From positions 64,001 through 128,000 of IMG/VR virus record IMGVR_UViG_3300048074_000120: a DNA stretch of 64,000 nt. One strand, written 5' to 3'. Source of the DNA: a virus. The notes beneath the pieces were generated by a model that was not told where the DNA came from, searched no databases, and was given only the letters and a program-made list of their open reading frames with translations. Position 1 is the stretch's first letter; each line of letters starts with the position of its first letter. The position numbers and the translations under genes were made by a program. Shown in pieces: positions 60,182-64,000 of the stretch.

Positions 60182-60597
60182 ACTCTCCTCCTTACTCCAC
60201 GGAGTTTACGGAGTTTACGGAGTGCCATACATGTCTTGTCACCTGGTGTCACAGCCGTACGACAAACATGAGGACGATCCTTATAAATAGTGCAGCGCAC
60301 CTTTTTTCCTGGAACCCCCTCCAGAAGGGCGCAGGCACACACGGAATCATCGGCTGCATCCACCAGCTCCTTAGTCTTTATTGCACCAGCCGGAACGTAT
60401 GAGCCCGACAGCGTAAGTGCCAGGCGATCAAAAATTGATGGCAAATGCACCAGTGTGCGAAACTTACTGCCTAGAGTTTTCCTAAGCGGAGCTAGTTCAT
60501 CCTGCCTAAGGTCAGCAAACACTATTTGATGTGATAGCGCTAGGCAGCAAGCCCCACATTTACAACAATCGAATTTGCGGTTGGACATGCAAATCAA
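60178..60597 (-). CDS. YkgJ-family (CxxCxxCC) cysteine-cluster protein
   Basis: FDCCKCGACC...CALL...RCTIYKDRPHVCR. Confidence 0.8.
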   Translation of the reverse strand: MICMSNRKFDCCKCGACCLALSHQIVFADLRQDELAPLRKTLGSKFRTLVHLPSIFDRLALTLSGSYVPAGAIKTKELVDAADDSVCACALLEGVPGKKVRCTIYKDRPHVCRTAVTPGDKTCMALRKLRKLRGVRRRV

Positions 60598-60979
60598 TCC
60601 CGAACTGACGGGTCTCGGTCAAGCCCAAACGAACGATGCTCATAGCCACGCAGTTGTGAGAAGAGCGCATAGACGTGTAGAGCATGTTGCCAACGTATGT
60701 GACCAAGACCACCTCATAGCGGTGAGTGTATTTGCCAGGGTTGTCTTCTTTGTAGAGATCGTACTCATCGAGCACGTACTCGGACAGCTTCAGCACGTCA
60801 CCAACGTGAAAGCTTCTGTCGTGGTTTCGGCGAATCTCGTAGGTCTTTGCCAGCCTGCGCACTGCATGGAATTCAGCAGGCCACGTCTTGAGATCATGCG
60901 CCACGTGGATTGTATTTCCGTCCAGCAGTTTGTATGCCAGAGGGGCTTTGAGGTGGAGTAACCACCTTGGATACCGCAT
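60560..60979 (-). CDS. DUF3850/ASCH-like domain protein
   Basis: HDLKTWPAEF..V....KTYEIR.NHDR.FHVGDVLKLSEY. Confidence 0.8.
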   Translation of the reverse strand: MRYPRWLLHLKAPLAYKLLDGNTIHVAHDLKTWPAEFHAVRRLAKTYEIRRNHDRSFHVGDVLKLSEYVLDEYDLYKEDNPGKYTHRYEVVLVTYVGNMLYTSMRSSHNCVAMSIVRLGLTETRQFGIDLHVQPQIRLL

Positions 60980-61159
60980 CGCTCTCTCCTTCAGTGAAGG
61001 GCTTTCACTTTTTCTTTTTTGAAATTTATAACGATCTGGAGAAGGGATCTCTCAGAGGGTGTTCTCTCTAAAGCTAACTACTGAACAGGGTATTAGTAAA
61101 AGTAGCAATATAACTTTTGAAAATAATTTGGAGAGAGTGCTCGCGAGACAGAAAGCGCA

Positions 61160-61657
61160 CTAATCGGCATCTTCGCTGCCACTTCTTTCCGGAGACCTCT
61201 GGGAAGACCCATTTCCGGAACCACGTTTCTCTGGCCACCGATGGACCAGGGTAAAGGTCACTGGCCACTCTCCCCGGCGGCAGTCTCCACCCTCTTTGTC
61301 GATGTGAGGGACCAAGCTGTACCCCTCTGGCAATGACATGAGACCAATGGACACTGGGTTGGAGAGCCACTTCTCGAGCCGTTGCTCGATAGTTCGGAAC
61401 GGGTGTGGGGTCACAACGACGGTCTTGTCCTCGCCAAGGGCCATATCGACACCGACTTGGACATGCCCATTCTCCTCAATGGGCAGATTGGCCTTCACGG
61501 CTTCTACGGGGGTTGCTTCCTCAGGCACCGGATAGACGATGGTGTGCCTGGTCTTGTCTTCGTACTTCTTGCCTTTCTCAGCGGCATCCTTTTGATCAGT
61601 TGCCTCAAACTCGCCAAGGGGCTCTCTGGTTCTCGCACAAACGACTCTGAACTTCAC
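61160..61657 (-). CDS. Hypothetical protein
   Basis: GAGGAG RBS; GTG start overlapping the upstream stop. Confidence 0.6.
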   Translation of the reverse strand: MKFRVVCARTREPLGEFEATDQKDAAEKGKKYEDKTRHTIVYPVPEEATPVEAVKANLPIEENGHVQVGVDMALGEDKTVVVTPHPFRTIEQRLEKWLSNPVSIGLMSLPEGYSLVPHIDKEGGDCRRGEWPVTFTLVHRWPEKRGSGNGSSQRSPERSGSEDAD

Positions 61658-61920
61658 TTGGTTCTCCTCTCCTGCAGCGTTGCTGCCTTTTCAATCCCGT
61701 TCTCGAGTAATCGCTTCAACTCCTCCGTGGGGCCACTGAGACTCTTGTCCTTGCCATGGACTAGGGCCAGAGCGTCTGCAACAGCAGTCGCCTCGTCCAT
61801 GGTGAGCGTCACGCTGATAAACACCTGCTCGTAGGGAAGTAGATGGCTGATCATGGTTGAAGCTTCTGCATGTACCAGAACTTTGGCATGAAGTCTTCCT
61901 TCCTGTGCAAAGGACCTCAC
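61654..61920 (-). CDS. Hypothetical protein
   Basis: First gene of the leftward unit from the divergent 61921-61985 region. Confidence 0.55.
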   Translation of the reverse strand: MRSFAQEGRLHAKVLVHAEASTMISHLLPYEQVFISVTLTMDEATAVADALALVHGKDKSLSGPTEELKRLLENGIEKAATLQERRTK

Positions 61921-61985
61921 TCACGGCCTTATCTCGCAATCCAATTCGTTTTGCAGAGATAAGAGACGCGTAGGAGGAAAACACA

Positions 61986-62603
61986 GTGCACCACGCTTTA
62001 GACGATATACCGATCAACGCAACAACCAACGATTTACTCAAGAGGGGACGCTTCAACCTACGCCTACTGGCGGAAGAGCTTGGAGTGTTTGTTGATGAGG
62101 AAGCAAAAAGTTCATTCATGCAGTTAGACAACCAAGGGCAAGCTGAAGTTGTTCGCAATGCCTTACTGAAATCCAGGGGTTTGCCCCCTGTGGAACCCGT
62201 GGACATGCGACAGAAGGTAAGTAATGCCGTCCTGGCTAGGGTCACCAAAATGCGCGCCGATTCATCCGATACGTGGCACCTCTACAAAACTCAACAGAAA
62301 GTTGAATCTGTTAGAGGAGAGCTTGTCAGACAGTACGAGGCGCAACTCAACGCTCTTCGTATAGAAAACTATGGAGGCATTGAGCTTAGGGACAGGGCCC
62401 TCCTTCAGCTTCGCACAGAGTCAAACACGACTTGGGAAGAACTGAATCTTGAACGTGTGAGGCACAAAAAGACGAGCGTAGAGTTGGTACAAGCCAATGC
62501 ATTGCTGTCTGAGCTGCGCGCAAGAATCAGACAGCTGGAACTCCAGGTGCAGAAGCGCGAACGAGCTTCGAAAAGAAAGAAGAAGCCAGCTAGGCGCAAA
62601 TAA
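61986..62603 (+). CDS. Protein with N-terminal domain paralogous to 22992..23663, coiled coil and basic tail
   Basis: AGGAGG RBS and GTG start; GRFNLRLLAEELG..DEEAK..FMQLDNQGQA. Confidence 0.7.
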   Translation: MHHALDDIPINATTNDLLKRGRFNLRLLAEELGVFVDEEAKSSFMQLDNQGQAEVVRNALLKSRGLPPVEPVDMRQKVSNAVLARVTKMRADSSDTWHLYKTQQKVESVRGELVRQYEAQLNALRIENYGGIELRDRALLQLRTESNTTWEELNLERVRHKKTSVELVQANALLSELRARIRQLELQVQKRERASKRKKKPARRK

Positions 62604-62612
62604 CCTCAAATC

Positions 62613-62636
62613 TCGGGGATAAGAAAGGTAGAGGAG
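62613..62636 (+). promoter_or_regulatory. Conserved GGGATAAG promoter-like motif plus RBS
   Basis: 21-nt identity with 743-763. Confidence 0.6.
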
Positions 62637-62643
62637 GAAACAC

Positions 62644-62982
62644 ATGCTCAAAGCCAATTCAAACGTTGCCATCGATGCCGCTGTTTTCAAGAAGGACACC
62701 ATCCCTCCAGCGAATCCCCAGACCCACATAACAACGCTGGCAGAAGGCTATACGCTCAGCTACGAGATGTACATGGCCCTCAGCAGAATCCCCATCGTGT
62801 ATGGGTCAGAGGACAACACAGCACTCATCTCCAAAGCTGACGCTTGGGCAGACATGGTTGTGCTCGGTGCTGCTCTGCGCGAGCAGAGTCTGCAAAAGCA
62901 AATCGAAGAGCAAGTAATACAACTTGAAGACTTAGAGATACAAGTGGCTGAAAGCGGTCTACGGACGCTCGGCACCTTGTAG
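62644..62982 (+). CDS. Hypothetical protein
   Basis: GAGGAGG RBS; 112 aa. Confidence 0.7.
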   Translation: MLKANSNVAIDAAVFKKDTIPPANPQTHITTLAEGYTLSYEMYMALSRIPIVYGSEDNTALISKADAWADMVVLGAALREQSLQKQIEEQVIQLEDLEIQVAESGLRTLGTL

Positions 62983-63260
62983 TTTTACACTTGGGAGAGC
63001 CACACGGCTTTTCCTTAGCCCACCATCAACCATGCCGCGGGTGTAGACTGGTAGTTGCCGACCAGGCGTACAAAGGCCTCGGAGCATTGGTGCTTCCGGG
63101 GCCTTTTGCTTGGAAGCAACCGGCCCGCTGTATCGAAACATTCAGGGTTCAAGGGGATCGAGGCGTAGAATGGAATCTGCTCAACGTGTGGTCCTTTGCT
63201 GCCCCCGTGTGCGAAGAAAGGCCTCGGTTGGAAACGACCGGGGCCTTTCACTAAGTTGCC

Positions 63261-63839
63261 ATGTGCTCGTTGCACCTCAGTACTCCGGAAGAGCTGTTCA
63301 ACAACTACAAACGGCTTGTCGCCCCTATTGTCAGTCACTACTACAAAAAGCTTGGCGCTAGCGCATCGTACGACGAGCTCTACCAGTGGGGGCTGATCGG
63401 CCTTTGGGATGCCAGCAAGCGCTGGGTGGGTGAGATCGGGGGGTTTTCTTCTTACGCCAAGGGGCGCATCAGTGGGCAGATCATTGACGAGTATCGCGTC
63501 AGCACAAGTTACATTCGACGCCTTGGAAATAGCAAACAGCCCAAGTACGTAAATCTCGATGATGATAATGATGAAGAAAGACCCAACCTCCAGCTAGTTG
63601 CGTGTACACAGCCCCTAGAGCAAGTCATCCATACCCATAGGAACCTGCGACGTCTAAGTGCCGCTTTCTACGAATTGACTGGCAAAGAAATCTGTATCCT
63701 TCTTCTTTTCTACTTCGACGGCATAAAACTCCAAGAGATTGCAGAACAACTCGAACTCAGTGAAGCCCGCATCTGCCAGATCAAGACGGCCGCCATCAAG
63801 AAGCTCAAGCAGGCTACTTGCCTCGAGATTGATTTCTAG
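63261..63839 (+). CDS. Sigma-70 family RNA polymerase sigma factor, FliA/WhiG-like
   Basis: Region 2 YDELYQWGLIGLWDA..FSSYAKGRISGQIIDEYR; region 4 LTGKE..ILLLFYFDG.KLQEIAEQLELSEARICQIK. Confidence 0.9.
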   Translation: MCSLHLSTPEELFNNYKRLVAPIVSHYYKKLGASASYDELYQWGLIGLWDASKRWVGEIGGFSSYAKGRISGQIIDEYRVSTSYIRRLGNSKQPKYVNLDDDNDEERPNLQLVACTQPLEQVIHTHRNLRRLSAAFYELTGKEICILLLFYFDGIKLQEIAEQLELSEARICQIKTAAIKKLKQATCLEIDF

Positions 63840-63897
63840 CTACCTTGTCCTTGCCAGCTGGGCTCTTCAACCAGTCACCAGCCAGCGGAAGGACAAT

Positions 63898-64000
63898 ATG
63901 GAAACACCTAACAAGATAGCTGAGAACTACCAAGACAGCCCCATTCTCACGCACGGGACACGGCCTCTACTTGAACCCAGCAAGATCGAATGGGCTTCTT
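63898..64000 (+). CDS. Partial ORF running off the window end
   Basis: GGAAGGA RBS then METPNKIAENYQDSP..., open to the end. Confidence 0.45.
   Translation, partial: METPNKIAENYQDSPILTHGTRPLLEPSKIEWAS

Noticed and set aside
60199-60223. ACGGAGTTT tandem repeat (about 2.8 copies)
   Set aside because: Explained by coding sequence LRKLRKLR on the minus strand; too short to be an array.
743-62636. 21-nt identical sequence near both window ends as a terminal repeat or att site
   Set aside because: Both copies include an SD and sit directly before genes, and flanking sequence diverges; better explained as a regulatory motif.
62991-63254. TTG-start ORF filling the gap before the sigma gene
   Set aside because: No clear RBS or motif; may be real but cannot be supported.
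1-64000. Stop-codon reassignment, as seen in some large phages
   Set aside because: Conserved genes (polA, recA, dnaB, baseplate) are full length under the standard code, and TAA, TAG and TGA all end genes at sensible positions.

Overview
The whole window looks like one segment of a large lytic tailed phage (contractile-tail, jumbo-phage-like) with standard genetic code, GC-rich, and no tRNA, rRNA or CRISPR array seen. Layout: (i) the end of a VWA/DUF2201-like gene; (ii) a minus-strand head cluster (1.0-7.7 kb) with a probable portal protein carrying a full LAGLIDADG intein; (iii) a plus-strand replication/recombination operon (7.8-24.1 kb): SF2 helicase, divergent family-4 UDG, DnaB-like helicase, primase, probable SSB, family A DNA polymerase, HU-like protein, RecA, two resolvases and a Cas4-like nuclease; (iv) a minus-strand tail/baseplate/lysis block (24.2-52.1 kb) with an SGNH tail protein, a glycosyltransferase beside a Ser/Thr-rich collagen-like fibre, two lipoproteins, two HNH endonucleases, a GH25 lysozyme, an SLT-like enzyme, an FGE-sulfatase-domain protein and plus-strand moron-like inserts; (v) an accessory region (52-64 kb) with dCTP deaminase, MazG-like, HAD nucleotidase, HerA-like ATPase and a FliA-like sigma factor. 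Several proteins suggest a Myxococcota host (inference). Strongest leads: a startless ORF reachable by a -1 frameshift at G GGA AAC (23651) that adds a third copy of a recurring HeH/Rho_N-like motif; a candidate virion glycosylation module; a conserved GGGATAAG promoter-like motif that may pair with the phage sigma factor; the portal intein; and K-x-A putative maturation sites. All family assignments come from motif recognition by eye, and no database search was run.
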